Source: Minisyncoccota bacterium (lineage in GTDB: Bacteria; Patescibacteriota; Minisyncoccia; UBA6257; UBA9933). From it: DNA of 64,000 nt. Position 1 is the stretch's first letter. The number at the start of each line of letters is the position of its first letter. The stretch is taken from NCBI GenBank assembly GCA_041653755.1, contig JBAZEU010000001.1, forward strand, positions 129,398 to 193,397. Direction: 5' to 3'. The notes beneath the pieces were generated by a model that was given only the letters and a program-made list of their open reading frames with translations, was not told the DNA's origin and did no database searches. Below are positions 1 to 10,071 of the stretch, piece after piece. The translations under genes were made by a program, and so were the position numbers.

Positions 1-7
1 GGGGAAA

Positions 8-400
8 ATGGAATTCAATAAGCTCGTAGAAAGATATCACACGGTATTTGCTGTGCTCATCAAAAAAAGTTTAACCAAAGAGGAATGGGGCAATTTGATA
101 TTCAAAGATTGTCTTGCAGTGGTCCTCGAGTGCGAAAGATGCCAAGAGCATACGATTGAGTCACTTGCTAGGACAAGGATGCAAGAAATAGGGACTTTTC
201 AAGATTGGAAGAACGTTAGAGAAAAAGGCTTCAATGTCTTAGGAGATCTCCATCACCGGGCCTTCGATATGATGCGCTCGTTGGCAAAAACCATCAACGA
301 GTGGAAAATGGTCTATGATGCCGCCGAAGATGACGAGGGTCGTGCGAAGGCACTCGCAAAGATCAGAGAGCTGTGTGAGAAAGACGAAGACTTAAAATAA
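8..400 (+). CDS. hypothetical protein
   Basis: 130-aa ORF followed by a terminator; no recognised motif. Confidence 0.55.
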   Translation: MEFNKLVERYHTVFAVLIKKSLTKEEWGNLIFKDCLAVVLECERCQEHTIESLARTRMQEIGTFQDWKNVREKGFNVLGDLHHRAFDMMRSLAKTINEWKMVYDAAEDDEGRAKALAKIRELCEKDEDLK

Positions 401-423
401 GTAATTTGAACGATAATAAAACC

Positions 424-457
424 GGAGCCGGTGTGAATCTACATCGGCTCCTTTTTT
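424..457 (+). terminator. intrinsic terminator
   Basis: GGAGCCGGTG/CATCGGCTCC stem followed by a T run. Confidence 0.75.
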
Positions 458-504
458 ATTCTTTTACTTCCCATTAATATTTTTTTCTGGTAAAGTATTT
501 TTAT

Positions 505-576
505 GCCGGTGTAGCTCAGTGGCAGAGCAGCGCTTTTGTAAAGCGAAGGTCGGGGGTTCAAATCCCTTCACCGGCT
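505..576 (+). tRNA. tRNA-Thr(TGT)
   Basis: Cloverleaf, acceptor GCCGGTG/CACCGGC, anticodon loop TT-TGT-AA, T-loop TTCAAAT; CCA not encoded. Confidence 0.93.
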
Positions 577-589
577 CAGAAAAATTATT

Positions 590-661
590 GCCGATGTAGT
601 TCAGTGGCAGAACGCTTTCTTGGTAAGAAAGAGGTCGTGGGTCCAATTCCCACCATCGGCT
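590..661 (+). tRNA. tRNA-Thr(GGT)
   Basis: Acceptor GCCGATG/CATCGGC, anticodon arm CTTTC-TTGGTAA-GAAAG; atypical T-loop TCCAATT. Confidence 0.9.
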
Positions 662-715
662 CACGAATTTTTATTAAAGCTGGTCAGAGAGGATAAAATA
701 TGTTAATTTAATTGT

Positions 716-889
716 ATGGCGAAATCAAAATTCAGCGAAAATTTAATAAGGTTAAAATGTGGCGTTTGCGGACGCATCAATTATTATACCCGCAAAAATA
801 AGAAAACCGTTCAGAAGAAATTAGCCCTGAAAAAACATTGTAAGTGGTGTAAAAAACACACGGCTCATAAAGAGACCTCTAAAAAATAA
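716..889 (+). CDS. rpmG: 50S ribosomal protein L33 (zinc-ribbon type)
   Basis: Manual translation MAKSKFSENLIRLKCGVCGRINYYTRKNKK...KHCKWCKKHTAHKE (57 aa, below ORF-track cutoff); upstream of tRNA-Trp. Confidence 0.93.
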   Translation: MAKSKFSENLIRLKCGVCGRINYYTRKNKKTVQKKLALKKHCKWCKKHTAHKETSKK

Positions 890-893
890 AGAG

Positions 894-964
894 GGGAGTT
901 TAGGTAAGTGGTATACCGGCGGTCTCCAAAACCGCATTCGGGGGTTCGATTCCCTCAACTCCCG
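894..964 (+). tRNA. tRNA-Trp(CCA)
   Basis: Acceptor GGGAGTT/AACTCCC, anticodon arm GCGGT-CTCCAAA-ACCGC, T-loop TTCGATT. Confidence 0.92.
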
Positions 965-973
965 CTTTTATAT

Positions 974-1606
974 ATGAATCCTAATTACGAAAATCTTGTA
1001 AATTCTCTCATTAAAGACGGGTATCTAAAAACTCCGGAGATTATAGAAGCGTTCAAAACGATCGACCGAGTTAACTTTGTCAGAGAAGAAGATAAAGAAA
1101 ATACTTATGTTAATGCGCCGCTCCCGATTGGTTTCGATCAAACAATCTCACAGCCACTCACCGTCGCTTTTATGTTGGAACTTTTAGAGCCGAAGAAAGG
1201 AGAAAAGATTTTAGATGTCGGCGCCGGTTCCGGATGGACATCGACCTTATTAGCGCAAATAGTTTCAGAAACCGGGAAAGTTATTGCGTTAGAATTAATT
1301 CCTGAACTTTGTGAATTCGGGAAGAAAAATGTATCTAACTATAATTTCGTAAAAAAGGGGATTTTGAATTTTCTTTGCGCCGACGGTTACAAAGGATTTG
1401 AGGAAGAAATGCCTTTTGATAAAATTTTGGTTTCAGCGGCTGCTTCGGAAATTCCTCCTGCTTTGAAAAAACAATTGAAGATTGGCGGAAGAATAGTTGT
1501 GCCGATTGGCCAGAGCATTTTTGTTATAGAAAAACACGAAAAAGATCAATTTACTGAAAAAGAGTATTTTGGCTTCAGTTTTGTGCCGTTGGTGAAAGGG
1601 AAATAG
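974..1606 (+). CDS. pcm: protein-L-isoaspartate O-methyltransferase
   Basis: QTISQP, LDVGAGSGW and FDKILVSAA motifs; start moved to ATG 974 because the ORF-track start overlaps tRNA-Trp. Confidence 0.9.
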   Translation: MNPNYENLVNSLIKDGYLKTPEIIEAFKTIDRVNFVREEDKENTYVNAPLPIGFDQTISQPLTVAFMLELLEPKKGEKILDVGAGSGWTSTLLAQIVSETGKVIALELIPELCEFGKKNVSNYNFVKKGILNFLCADGYKGFEEEMPFDKILVSAAASEIPPALKKQLKIGGRIVVPIGQSIFVIEKHEKDQFTEKEYFGFSFVPLVKGK

Positions 1607-1653
1607 GCACTTATCCTCGTGTTTTTGTTAATAAATAGCCCCAAGAAGGGCTA

Positions 1654-1682
1654 TTGACATTTTCGTAGCGAACTGGTATAAT
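1654..1682 (+). promoter_or_regulatory. sigma70 promoter
   Basis: TTGACA-17nt-TATAAT, perfect consensus. Confidence 0.8.
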
Positions 1683-1757
1683 TACGATAGAATTAGAATT
1701 AAAAACTGAATAAAGGAATTATACAGATTTCAACTTTTAAACTTTTGGAGGAGTAAA

Positions 1758-2225
1758 ATGACAAAGAAAATGATGTTGGTGGGGATTGTAGTGGCTTTAA
1801 TTAGCTCTTGCATCTTGTTACCGACGGCAAAAGCAGAAAGTTTAATTTCGTTGGATGTTCTCACAGATATTGGTATGAAACTGGCAAACGGAAAGCATTT
1901 AGACAGCCACGATCTGAAGACCATCGTGAAGGATGCTTCTAGAAAGGACGAATTGGAAGTTTCGGTTATCAATGTTTCTGATATTTCTATCTCTGTGATA
2001 ATTGACGGGAAATTCGAAAAAAAGATTGGGCAAGGCGGAATATGGAAAAGACCTAAATCTCTTTCGGTTCCTTGTCTGGAAGGAGAAGACATAAGGCACA
2101 GGATAGAGATTATAGGAGAAAGAAACGGAGAATTTGTCAGCATGGGGAAAACTCTCTACGCATACAGAGGAATGGGTACGAGTGATGACGGGCACATCAA
2201 AGTAACGAAAAGTAATCTTCGGTGA
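1758..2225 (+). CDS. hypothetical exported protein
   Basis: Signal-peptide-like N-terminus (..TAKA), GGAGG Shine-Dalgarno, own promoter and terminator. Confidence 0.7.
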   Translation: MTKKMMLVGIVVALISSCILLPTAKAESLISLDVLTDIGMKLANGKHLDSHDLKTIVKDASRKDELEVSVINVSDISISVIIDGKFEKKIGQGGIWKRPKSLSVPCLEGEDIRHRIEIIGERNGEFVSMGKTLYAYRGMGTSDDGHIKVTKSNLR

Positions 2226-2240
2226 TCTCGGATATCTCTA

Positions 2241-2289
2241 AATCTCGGAGGTTTCGTGGTGAAAACCATGTAAACCTCCGAGATTTTTT
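2241..2289 (+). terminator. intrinsic terminator
   Basis: AATCTCGGAGGTTT/AAACCTCCGAGATT stem plus T run. Confidence 0.75.
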
Positions 2290-2305
2290 GTTATTATAAT
2301 GGCTA

Positions 2306-2334
2306 TTGACATTGTTTTAAATGGCTGATATAAT
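2306..2334 (+). promoter_or_regulatory. sigma70 promoter
   Basis: TTGACA-17nt-TATAAT, perfect consensus. Confidence 0.8.
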
Positions 2335-2411
2335 TCAACCAGTTCTTAGATTTATAAATAAGTAATAAAAAGCCGAAGACATCGGCTTTTAACTCTAAAG
2401 GAGGAAATAAG

Positions 2412-3194
2412 ATGAGGAAGCTGATGATAGGATCAGTCGGGATGTTGTTGATTGTGGCTTTCTGTTTCTTTGGCATAACGGCCGAAGCATTAGATATTCA
2501 GGCCAGACCAGCGGCGGCAATAAGCCAAGCGAACATTCCTGATGCCTCAACGGTATTAGGAAGCGATCCATGGAGGGATCGTGCGGGTCGTATTCTTCCC
2601 GGAAGAACATCCTTTGTTCTCCAGAAAGAATTGATAGCTCGAACACAGGGCTTTAAGAGTAAAAAGTGGGTGACCGTTCGTTTTTGCCCTGGATACATTT
2701 TTGCGGTTCTGCCTGATACTGGCGAAGTTGATTATATTGTGCAATGCGGTAATCCTATCCGCGCAACGGATGGATCCAAAATCCGCATAATTCTTCAACA
2801 GTCAGAAGAACAGCCCGTGCAAAGAGAGTGCCTGGTTAGTCAGGTTGAAGCTGAACCGCAAGCTTATGCCCAACAATCCGTTCAACGACAGTCTGTTTAT
2901 CGGCAAGAATCGAAATTCGATCATTACAATAGATTGGTCGGTGATTCGCTTCTTACGGTTACCGGTTCGAATTTTCGACATGGCGATGACGATTTAGGAT
3001 GGTGGACTCTTGGAGGAGCGATCGTGAGTCGCATAATATCAACTTCAAGAGGACAGAAATATAATGGAGAGTCGTTGCTTGAGGATGGAATTCGCGGCGG
3101 GATAGGTTATGCAGCAAGTTCAGATTCTGAGGAGGATATAGTTTATATCAATTCAGATTCTGATGATGGCTCCGATGGAGACGGCGGAAACTAA
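2412..3194 (+). CDS. hypothetical exported protein
   Basis: Signal peptide (..TAEA), AAGGAGG SD, acidic Gly/Asp tail. Confidence 0.7.
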   Translation: MRKLMIGSVGMLLIVAFCFFGITAEALDIQARPAAAISQANIPDASTVLGSDPWRDRAGRILPGRTSFVLQKELIARTQGFKSKKWVTVRFCPGYIFAVLPDTGEVDYIVQCGNPIRATDGSKIRIILQQSEEQPVQRECLVSQVEAEPQAYAQQSVQRQSVYRQESKFDHYNRLVGDSLLTVTGSNFRHGDDDLGWWTLGGAIVSRIISTSRGQKYNGESLLEDGIRGGIGYAASSDSEEDIVYINSDSDDGSDGDGGN

Positions 3195-3215
3195 ATCGCA
3201 AGAGATAAATTTATT

Positions 3216-3247
3216 CCCCAGGGAAAATCAATTGATTTTCCCTGGGG
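3216..3247. repeat. perfect 32-bp palindrome
   Basis: CCCCAGGGAAAATCAA|TTGATTTTCCCTGGGG. Confidence 0.85.
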
Positions 3248-3332
3248 GCACATTTCGAACGCTTTATTATAAATAGAACGCTCGAAACGCGCTAAATCGT
3301 AAGCGTCGTAATTAATTAAAAGAAAAAATAAA

Positions 3333-5408
3333 ATGATTAAGTTATTCGAAAGAAGAAATTATTTGAAAGTATTATCAACCACTGTTCTTTTGGCGGCTGT
3401 TTTAATGCCGGCTGGCATAATTCAGGCAGCTTCATTTACGGCCGATAAACCGACATTAAGGGTTTCTAATTATACAGATCATCCGAATTCTAATTCTGAT
3501 TGGTTTTCTTCTGTTTCTGCCGATGCTGGGGACATTATAAGTTTCAATATTTATTATCATAACAGTTCTAACGAAGCTGCAAATCAAACAAGAGTAAAAT
3601 TAAATTTGCCTTCAGGGCAATTTACCAGCGGTTCTATTTCGGCCACTGTCTCTGCTCAAGATGCTAACCAGATGAATGGTTCGGTATCTGTTTCGTTGAG
3701 CTCTAGTCAAGCACTTACTTTGAGATCAGGAGAAATTTTCTGGTATAAAAACGGCAATGTTGATTATAGTCAATCTCAGTCGCTTCCTTCTGGCCAGAAT
3801 GGCAGTGAAATAATTTCTGGTTCGGGAATTAACTTGGGTAACATTCCGGCCGGAGATCGTGGACAAGTGGTTGTTAGGGTTCAAGTCGGCAGTAATTCTT
3901 CCGGTTCCGCTCCGGTAGTCAACACAAATTCAGCTTATTCAATTTATCAAAATTCAGCTTATTTAAGCGGCAATGTTGATCCGAACAACAGTAATACTGA
4001 TTTTTGGTTCGAGTATGGCACAAATAGTTCTTTGGGTAGTACAGTTAATTTTCAATCGATTGGATCGGGAGACAGTTCAATAAATGAAAGTTATTATCTT
4101 TCTGGTCTTCAATCGAATACAACTTATTATTATCGAGCTGTTGCGAGAAACCAATATGGTACAAATTATGGAAGCATTTTAAATTTCTACACTCAATCAG
4201 GCTCTAATAATAATTCTTCCGCCCCTACTGTTTTTACCAATTCCGCCACTTCGATAACTTATAACTCCGCAGTGTTAAACGGATCAATTGATGCGAATGG
4301 AAGTTATACGAACGCTTGGTTCGAATACGGCACTTCGCAATCATTCGGATATACAACTGGTTCTCAAAGCGTAGGAAGCTCTAACTATTCAAACGATTAT
4401 TCTTCTTACATTTCTAATCTTTCTCCTAACACAACTTATCATTATCGAGCTGTTGCATCCAATAGCTATGGCACAAATTATGGAGGGACATTGACGTTCT
4501 ATACCAACAGTTCTGGTCAGATTTATTATTCTAACCAGCCGACTGTTACAACCGTAAACGCTTCGCCCGTTTATCAAAATTCTGCTTTAGTAAATGGTTC
4601 TGTCAATCCTAACGGCGGTTATACAACTGCGTGGTTTCAGTGGGGCACTAATAATAATTTAGGGAATACCACTGTTTCTCAATCAGTCGGTTCCGGAACA
4701 AACTTTACAAATAGCGTAGCCGCTTTGACGGGACTTTCTGCGAACACAACTTATTATTATCGGGCAGTGGCCTCTAATAATTCGGGCACGGTCTACGGAA
4801 ACATTTTGAGTTTTAACACTCAAGCTACGACCCCGGTTGTTTACCAATATACTCAACCGCAAGTGATTTATGTTTCTAACGCGGTTAAAACTGCATTGCC
4901 TTCGTTAGTGCTTTTGATCTCTAATGCCGACAGAGAAACAGCGATCGCTGGAGGTGAACTGCATTATGTTGTGGTTTATAAGAATTTAAGTCAGCAAAAA
5001 TTAACAGACGTTGTGTTAAAAGTTATTTTTCCGTTAGAAGTTAATTATGTTAGCTCAAATCCAAAAGCGATTTCTCTTGAAGGGAATACTATTACCTATC
5101 GAGTTGGGACTTTAGACCCAGACGAAGAGGGATCTATGGATGTTGAATTTGCGGTAAAAAACTCCGTACGTAACAATGACTCACTGATTTTCTCTGCGAC
5201 ATTAGATTACCAAGATAAAAATAACGCTCTTCATTCTGACAATACTTTCCTTTCAGTATCAGCAAGCAACAGACCAAGCTTGCTTGCTTCTTTGTTCAGC
5301 ATTGGCGGATTTGGTGGCATACTCTTTTGGGGATTGATTTTAGGAATTATTATCGGTTTCCTAATCTACTGGTTTGGGTTAAGAAGAAGGTTTGTTAAAA
5401 GTTACTGA
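3333..5408 (+). CDS. surface protein with three FN3-like repeats, DUF11-like domain and C-terminal membrane anchor
   Basis: Signal peptide; repeats of WF(E/Q)(Y/W)GT...L..NTTY(Y/H)YRAVA.N..GT.YG; C-terminal TM helix plus RRR. Confidence 0.8.
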   Translation: MIKLFERRNYLKVLSTTVLLAAVLMPAGIIQAASFTADKPTLRVSNYTDHPNSNSDWFSSVSADAGDIISFNIYYHNSSNEAANQTRVKLNLPSGQFTSGSISATVSAQDANQMNGSVSVSLSSSQALTLRSGEIFWYKNGNVDYSQSQSLPSGQNGSEIISGSGINLGNIPAGDRGQVVVRVQVGSNSSGSAPVVNTNSAYSIYQNSAYLSGNVDPNNSNTDFWFEYGTNSSLGSTVNFQSIGSGDSSINESYYLSGLQSNTTYYYRAVARNQYGTNYGSILNFYTQSGSNNNSSAPTVFTNSATSITYNSAVLNGSIDANGSYTNAWFEYGTSQSFGYTTGSQSVGSSNYSNDYSSYISNLSPNTTYHYRAVASNSYGTNYGGTLTFYTNSSGQIYYSNQPTVTTVNASPVYQNSALVNGSVNPNGGYTTAWFQWGTNNNLGNTTVSQSVGSGTNFTNSVAALTGLSANTTYYYRAVASNNSGTVYGNILSFNTQATTPVVYQYTQPQVIYVSNAVKTALPSLVLLISNADRETAIAGGELHYVVVYKNLSQQKLTDVVLKVIFPLEVNYVSSNPKAISLEGNTITYRVGTLDPDEEGSMDVEFAVKNSVRNNDSLIFSATLDYQDKNNALHSDNTFLSVSASNRPSLLASLFSIGGFGGILFWGLILGIIIGFLIYWFGLRRRFVKSY

Positions 5409-5430
5409 GATAAATAAAGGATTGATATGT

Positions 5431-5465
5431 AAAAACCGTCCCGATTCTAATCGGGACGGTTTTTT
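5431..5465 (+). terminator. intrinsic terminator
   Basis: AAAAACCGTCCCGATT/AATCGGGACGGTTTTT. Confidence 0.8.
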
Positions 5466-5483
5466 GTTAAAATAGAATTAAAT

Positions 5484-6362
5484 ATGGATATAAAAGAACA
5501 AAATAATGGTTATGAAAAAATTGGTCCGACAGCTTGGGGCGTATCATATTCTCGTTCTCTCTCCGATATTAAATATGCCGCAGAGATTTTTCATGAATTG
5601 GAACTCAGTATAAAAACAACTAGTAAAGAAGAAGTTGAGTACTTTGAGGCATCCAAAAAATCTAAGCTTGCACCGCAATTCGAGGCAAGACAAAAACTTA
5701 TAGACCGTTTAATCGAAGAAAATAAGAATGATCAGATTTTAGAAATTGCTGCTGGTTTTTCTTCTCGTGGATTGGCTATGACCGAAAAAAATGATTCTTT
5801 GAAATATGTCGAGGTTGATTTGCCGTATATAGCAGAACATAAGAAACAAATTCTTCAGGTATTGTCTTCTAAATACGGAATTAATCCGAGTGTAAATCTG
5901 CGCATAGAAAGTGGCGACGCACTTGATTTGAATTCTTTATTTGAATCTGTAAAATATTTTGAACAGAAGCCGATTTCTGTTGTTAACGAAGGTCTCTTAC
6001 GATATTTAAGTTTTGACCAAAAATCTATTGTAGCCAAAAATGTTCATGCATTGTTAGAGAAATTTGGGGGTGTTTGGATTACGTCAGACATCACTCTAAG
6101 AAGAATACTTACATATGAGCAAGAAAGAGAAAGTAATCGAGAAAGAGTTTTAGCATTGTCAGGAATTAATGTAGTGGAGAATAGTTTTGATAATGCAGAG
6201 GCGGCAAAAATATTTTTCGAAAATCTGGGATTTAGTGTTGAGAAGCATGGCTTTCCAGAAGTTATAGATCAATTGGTATCTCCTGAAAAATTGGGCTTGT
6301 CTATGGGCAAGGTTCAGGAAATGATCAATAATCTCGTTGTTTTTGTCATGAGGGTCAGATGA
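5484..6362 (+). CDS. class I SAM-dependent methyltransferase (LCM-like)
   Basis: ILEIAAGFSSRG, YVEVDLP and VVNEGLLRYL motifs. Confidence 0.8.
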   Translation: MDIKEQNNGYEKIGPTAWGVSYSRSLSDIKYAAEIFHELELSIKTTSKEEVEYFEASKKSKLAPQFEARQKLIDRLIEENKNDQILEIAAGFSSRGLAMTEKNDSLKYVEVDLPYIAEHKKQILQVLSSKYGINPSVNLRIESGDALDLNSLFESVKYFEQKPISVVNEGLLRYLSFDQKSIVAKNVHALLEKFGGVWITSDITLRRILTYEQERESNRERVLALSGINVVENSFDNAEAAKIFFENLGFSVEKHGFPEVIDQLVSPEKLGLSMGKVQEMINNLVVFVMRVR

Positions 6363-6448
6363 TATTTCAGTCGTCTGGATTATCATAAAAGAACTGTAAA
6401 AGTTTTATATGTCTGTCAGTGGGCAGGTTTTTTTGGTAAAATAGAAAG

Positions 6449-8176
6449 ATGCCAACCCCAGCAGAAGAAATCAAGAATAAAATCGATATAGTTGATTTTA
6501 TTAAGAGTTATATTACTTTAAGGCCGGCAGGCAGGAATTTTAAGGCTAATTGTCCTTTTCATAAGGAAACTGCGCCTTCTTTTATTGTTTCGCCGGATAA
6601 ACAAATTTGGCATTGTTTCGGTTGTAATAAAGGAGGGGATGTTATTAAGTTTTTGATGGAGCACGATAATTTAGAATTTCATGAAGCACTGGGAATTTTA
6701 GCGGAGAAAGCCGGTATAGAATTAAAAAGAATCAATCCAGCCGAGCAAAAACAAATTGGGGTCTTATACGATATTTCCGAGAAAGCAAAAGAATTTTTCA
6801 AAAAAAATCTTGGGACATCGCCGGAAGCGATGAAATATTTAAAAGACAGGGGGTTGAAAGATAAAACGATTGAAGAATTTGAAATAGGTTTGGCGTCGAA
6901 TAATTTTGACGAACTAACTAAGCATCTCATGGGGCTTGGTTACAACGTCAATGATATTGAGAGAAGCGGTTTGTCAGCGAAGAGCAGGGGAGGAACTTAT
7001 GTTGATAAATTTAGAGGACGATTAATTTTTCCAATTTATAATCATTTCGGGAAAGTGGTTGCGTTCGGCGGAAGAATTTTGCCGTGGGCTGATTCTACGG
7101 GTGAGCTCGCAAAATATATCAATAGCTCTGATAGTTTAATTTATAATAAATCACGAATTCTTTATGGTTTTCATAAAACCAAGAGCCATATAAAAGACAG
7201 CGGTTTTGCCGTATTGGTGGAAGGTTATATGGACCTTTTGATGAGCTATCAGGATGGGGTAAAAAATGTAGTAGCGGTTTCGGGCACGGCTCTGACTCCG
7301 GACCAATTAAGAGCATTAAGGCGTTATACAGACCAATTGGTCTTTTGTTTTGACACTGACAGTGCCGGGCTTAATGCGGCTGAAAGATCGATCGACCTAG
7401 CTCTTTCTGGCGATTTTGACATTAAAATTTTAGTTTTAAAGGATTTCAAAGACCCGGCTGAAATGGTTTTTGGTTCTCCAGGTGTTTTGGTAAAAGCCGT
7501 TAAAGATGCTAAGCCAATTATGGAGTTCTACCTCGATTATTATAAACTTAGTGATTTTAATTCGGTTTCAGGAGCTGAAGTGCCGAATTTCAAAAAAATT
7601 CTTCGTTCGCTTTTGACAAAAATTAAAAATTTAACTAGTGCCGTTGAAAAATCTTTTTGGCTTAAACAACTTTCCAAAAGATTTAATATTGATGAGAATT
7701 CATTAATAGAAGAATTAGATAAAATAAAAACTGATAAAGAAGACAAGAAAGAGGGGATTATTGAAAAGCCATCTTTTTCTCGATGCGAGTTAATCAGTCA
7801 GCGGTTAATTGTTTTGGCGTTGATTAACAAATCATTTCAGTCAGAAATTGAAAATATCTTTGAATTTTTATCAAAGGATTATCAAAAAGTGTTTAATAAT
7901 TTGATTAACAAGCAAACCCTTGAGAATAAACAGCAAGAGGACTTGGCTAAATATATTTTATTAGTTTCCAGTGTCGGTTTGGAGAAATTAGACGAAGAAA
8001 AAACAAAAGATGAATTTGCGTCTCTCGTTACTGAAATAAAATTGGATTTTTTCAAGGGAAAGCGCGGAGCAATGGCACAAGCCATTAAAGAAGCGGAAAA
8101 GAGCGGTGATGAAGAAAAACTAAAGACCGTTCTTAGCCAGTTTGACGAAATTTCAAAAAAGATACAAAATAGATAG
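6449..8176 (+). CDS. dnaG: DNA primase
   Basis: CPFH..E..PSF..WHCFGC zinc domain, KYINS, TOPRIM VEGYMD and FDTD. Confidence 0.97.
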   Translation: MPTPAEEIKNKIDIVDFIKSYITLRPAGRNFKANCPFHKETAPSFIVSPDKQIWHCFGCNKGGDVIKFLMEHDNLEFHEALGILAEKAGIELKRINPAEQKQIGVLYDISEKAKEFFKKNLGTSPEAMKYLKDRGLKDKTIEEFEIGLASNNFDELTKHLMGLGYNVNDIERSGLSAKSRGGTYVDKFRGRLIFPIYNHFGKVVAFGGRILPWADSTGELAKYINSSDSLIYNKSRILYGFHKTKSHIKDSGFAVLVEGYMDLLMSYQDGVKNVVAVSGTALTPDQLRALRRYTDQLVFCFDTDSAGLNAAERSIDLALSGDFDIKILVLKDFKDPAEMVFGSPGVLVKAVKDAKPIMEFYLDYYKLSDFNSVSGAEVPNFKKILRSLLTKIKNLTSAVEKSFWLKQLSKRFNIDENSLIEELDKIKTDKEDKKEGIIEKPSFSRCELISQRLIVLALINKSFQSEIENIFEFLSKDYQKVFNNLINKQTLENKQQEDLAKYILLVSSVGLEKLDEEKTKDEFASLVTEIKLDFFKGKRGAMAQAIKEAEKSGDEEKLKTVLSQFDEISKKIQNR

Positions 8177-8220
8177 ATATTGATCAGAAAGTATATCCTC
8201 GCTTAAATTAAAAGAACTTT

Positions 8221-9459
8221 ATGAAAAAAAGAAAAAAACCATCTAAAAAAACCAAAAAGATTTCAAAGAAGAAAAAAGTTTCCGGCAAGAACAAGAAAAA
8301 AACTAAAAAAAATAAGCCGGCTAAAAAGAAAAAGGTTTCTAAGAAAGTCGTTAAGAAAGCCGCTAAAAAAGTTAGCGGTCCGAAAAAAAGATTCAAGTTC
8401 GACGAAGGGCTAATCGAAGAATTAATCAAGAAGGGGAGACCCCGCGGTTTTGTGACTGACACTGAAATTTTTTTCTATTTTCCGAATATCGAAGAAGACA
8501 TAGAGTTTTTAGAAGAATTATATAACCGCCTGGATAAAGCCAATATTAAAGTTATCGAAACTAATCAATTAATTCAGTCAGCCGAAGAAACTGAAAGAAT
8601 TGGCGAGGAAAGCTCTCTTGAGACACCCGATGCCGTTCAAATATATCTGAAAGAAATCGGCAAAACGCCGCTTTTAACCGGTGATGAGGAAAAAGAACTG
8701 GCGAAACGAGCCGAGAAAGACGACGAAGAAGCAAGGCAGAGATTGATTAAATCAAACCTTAGATTGGTGGTTTCCATCGCTAAGCGTTATGCCCGCCGAA
8801 GTCCGCAACTTTCAATATTGGATTTAATCCAGGAAGGGAACATCGGTTTAGCAAGAGCAGTTTCGAAATTTGATTATCGAAAAGGATTTAAATTTTCTAC
8901 TTATGCCACTTGGTGGATAAGACAGGCAATTACCAGAGCTTTAGCGGATCAATCTCGAACTATCAGAATTCCAGTTCATATGGTAGAGATTATTTCTAAG
9001 TATACTCAGACAAAAAGGCGTTTGTCGCAGGAGCTTGGCCGGGAACCATTACCAGAAGAAATATCTATTGAAATGGGCATAGAGGTCGATAAGATACACT
9101 ATATTCAAAAAATTTCCCAGGAAGTTCTTTCTTTGGAATCGCCAATCAGCGAAGACGATGAGGATTCAACTCTTCAAGAATTCATCAGAGATGAGAAAAG
9201 CTTAACTCCTGTTCAATTAGCCGATCAGACTCTTTTAAGAGAAAAAATTAAAGAAGTGTTGGTTGATTTGGCGGAGAGAGAACAGGAAATTTTGAAAATG
9301 AGATTTGGATTAACAGATGGAATTACGCACACCTTGGAAGAGGTAGGCAAAAAATTCAACGTTACCAGAGAAAGAATTCGTCAGATAGAAGCCAAGGCCT
9401 TAGAAAAAATCAGAGGGCACCAAAAGTCAAAGATTTTAGAAGAATATAAAGAGTCGTAA
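8221..9459 (+). CDS. rpoD: primary sigma factor with Lys-rich N-terminal extension
   Basis: [51 protein letters not shown]; follows dnaG. Confidence 0.96.
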   Translation: MKKRKKPSKKTKKISKKKKVSGKNKKKTKKNKPAKKKKVSKKVVKKAAKKVSGPKKRFKFDEGLIEELIKKGRPRGFVTDTEIFFYFPNIEEDIEFLEELYNRLDKANIKVIETNQLIQSAEETERIGEESSLETPDAVQIYLKEIGKTPLLTGDEEKELAKRAEKDDEEARQRLIKSNLRLVVSIAKRYARRSPQLSILDLIQEGNIGLARAVSKFDYRKGFKFSTYATWWIRQAITRALADQSRTIRIPVHMVEIISKYTQTKRRLSQELGREPLPEEISIEMGIEVDKIHYIQKISQEVLSLESPISEDDEDSTLQEFIRDEKSLTPVQLADQTLLREKIKEVLVDLAEREQEILKMRFGLTDGITHTLEEVGKKFNVTRERIRQIEAKALEKIRGHQKSKILEEYKES

Positions 9460-9474
9460 TTAAAAAATTTTACC

Positions 9475-10053
9475 ATGAGCAAAAAAATATTTTTGATAGT
9501 ATTTTGTTTCTTGCCAGTTATTTCCGTTTCAATGCCGGCAAACGCTCAGATCGTAACCAGCACTGCGACCACTACCGCAACCAGTACGATTGCTACAAGC
9601 ACCGCGACAACAACCGTGACTAGCACGGAAGAAATTCAATTAGAGGATTTAAGCATTGAAGAGCCGGGCATCTTGCCGGGCAACCCATTCTATTTTTTCA
9701 AAGAATGGCGAAGAGGATTTCAGTCATTGTTCACTAAAAATCCAGCCAAGAAAATTGAGCTAACCATTGAAGTCCTTAATAATAAAGCCGCTGAGATAAA
9801 GAAGCTTGAAGAAATTGCGCCACAAAACGTAGAAGCATTAAAGAAGGCGATTTTAAGTTATCAAGAAACACTTAACCAGCTAAAAGATCAGCTCAAATCC
9901 TCGGGGAGCGTTAATTTAAATACTCAAATGGATAGATTATTGAAATACCAAAGATTCTTTGAGGATTTAAAATTAAAAGTTGGTCAAGGATATGATAGCG
10001 TTATTGATTCAGTCCAGGAAGAAATTAATGAAATTATTGCAGGAATTAAATAG
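9475..10053 (+). CDS. exported DUF5667-like protein
   Basis: Signal peptide, Thr/Ser-rich linker, PGILPGNPFYFFK motif. Confidence 0.7.
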   Translation: MSKKIFLIVFCFLPVISVSMPANAQIVTSTATTTATSTIATSTATTTVTSTEEIQLEDLSIEEPGILPGNPFYFFKEWRRGFQSLFTKNPAKKIELTIEVLNNKAAEIKKLEEIAPQNVEALKKAILSYQETLNQLKDQLKSSGSVNLNTQMDRLLKYQRFFEDLKLKVGQGYDSVIDSVQEEINEIIAGIK

Positions 10054-10071
10054 AAATAAATAGTTGTTGAA

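Noticed and set aside
908-973. N-terminal extension of Pcm in the ORF track
   Set aside because: Overlaps tRNA-Trp; ATG 974 is the plausible start.
7559-7589. Hairpin AATTCGG..TTCAG/CTGAA..CCGAATT inside dnaG as another inserted element
   Set aside because: Single imperfect copy with no relative in the window; could be chance.
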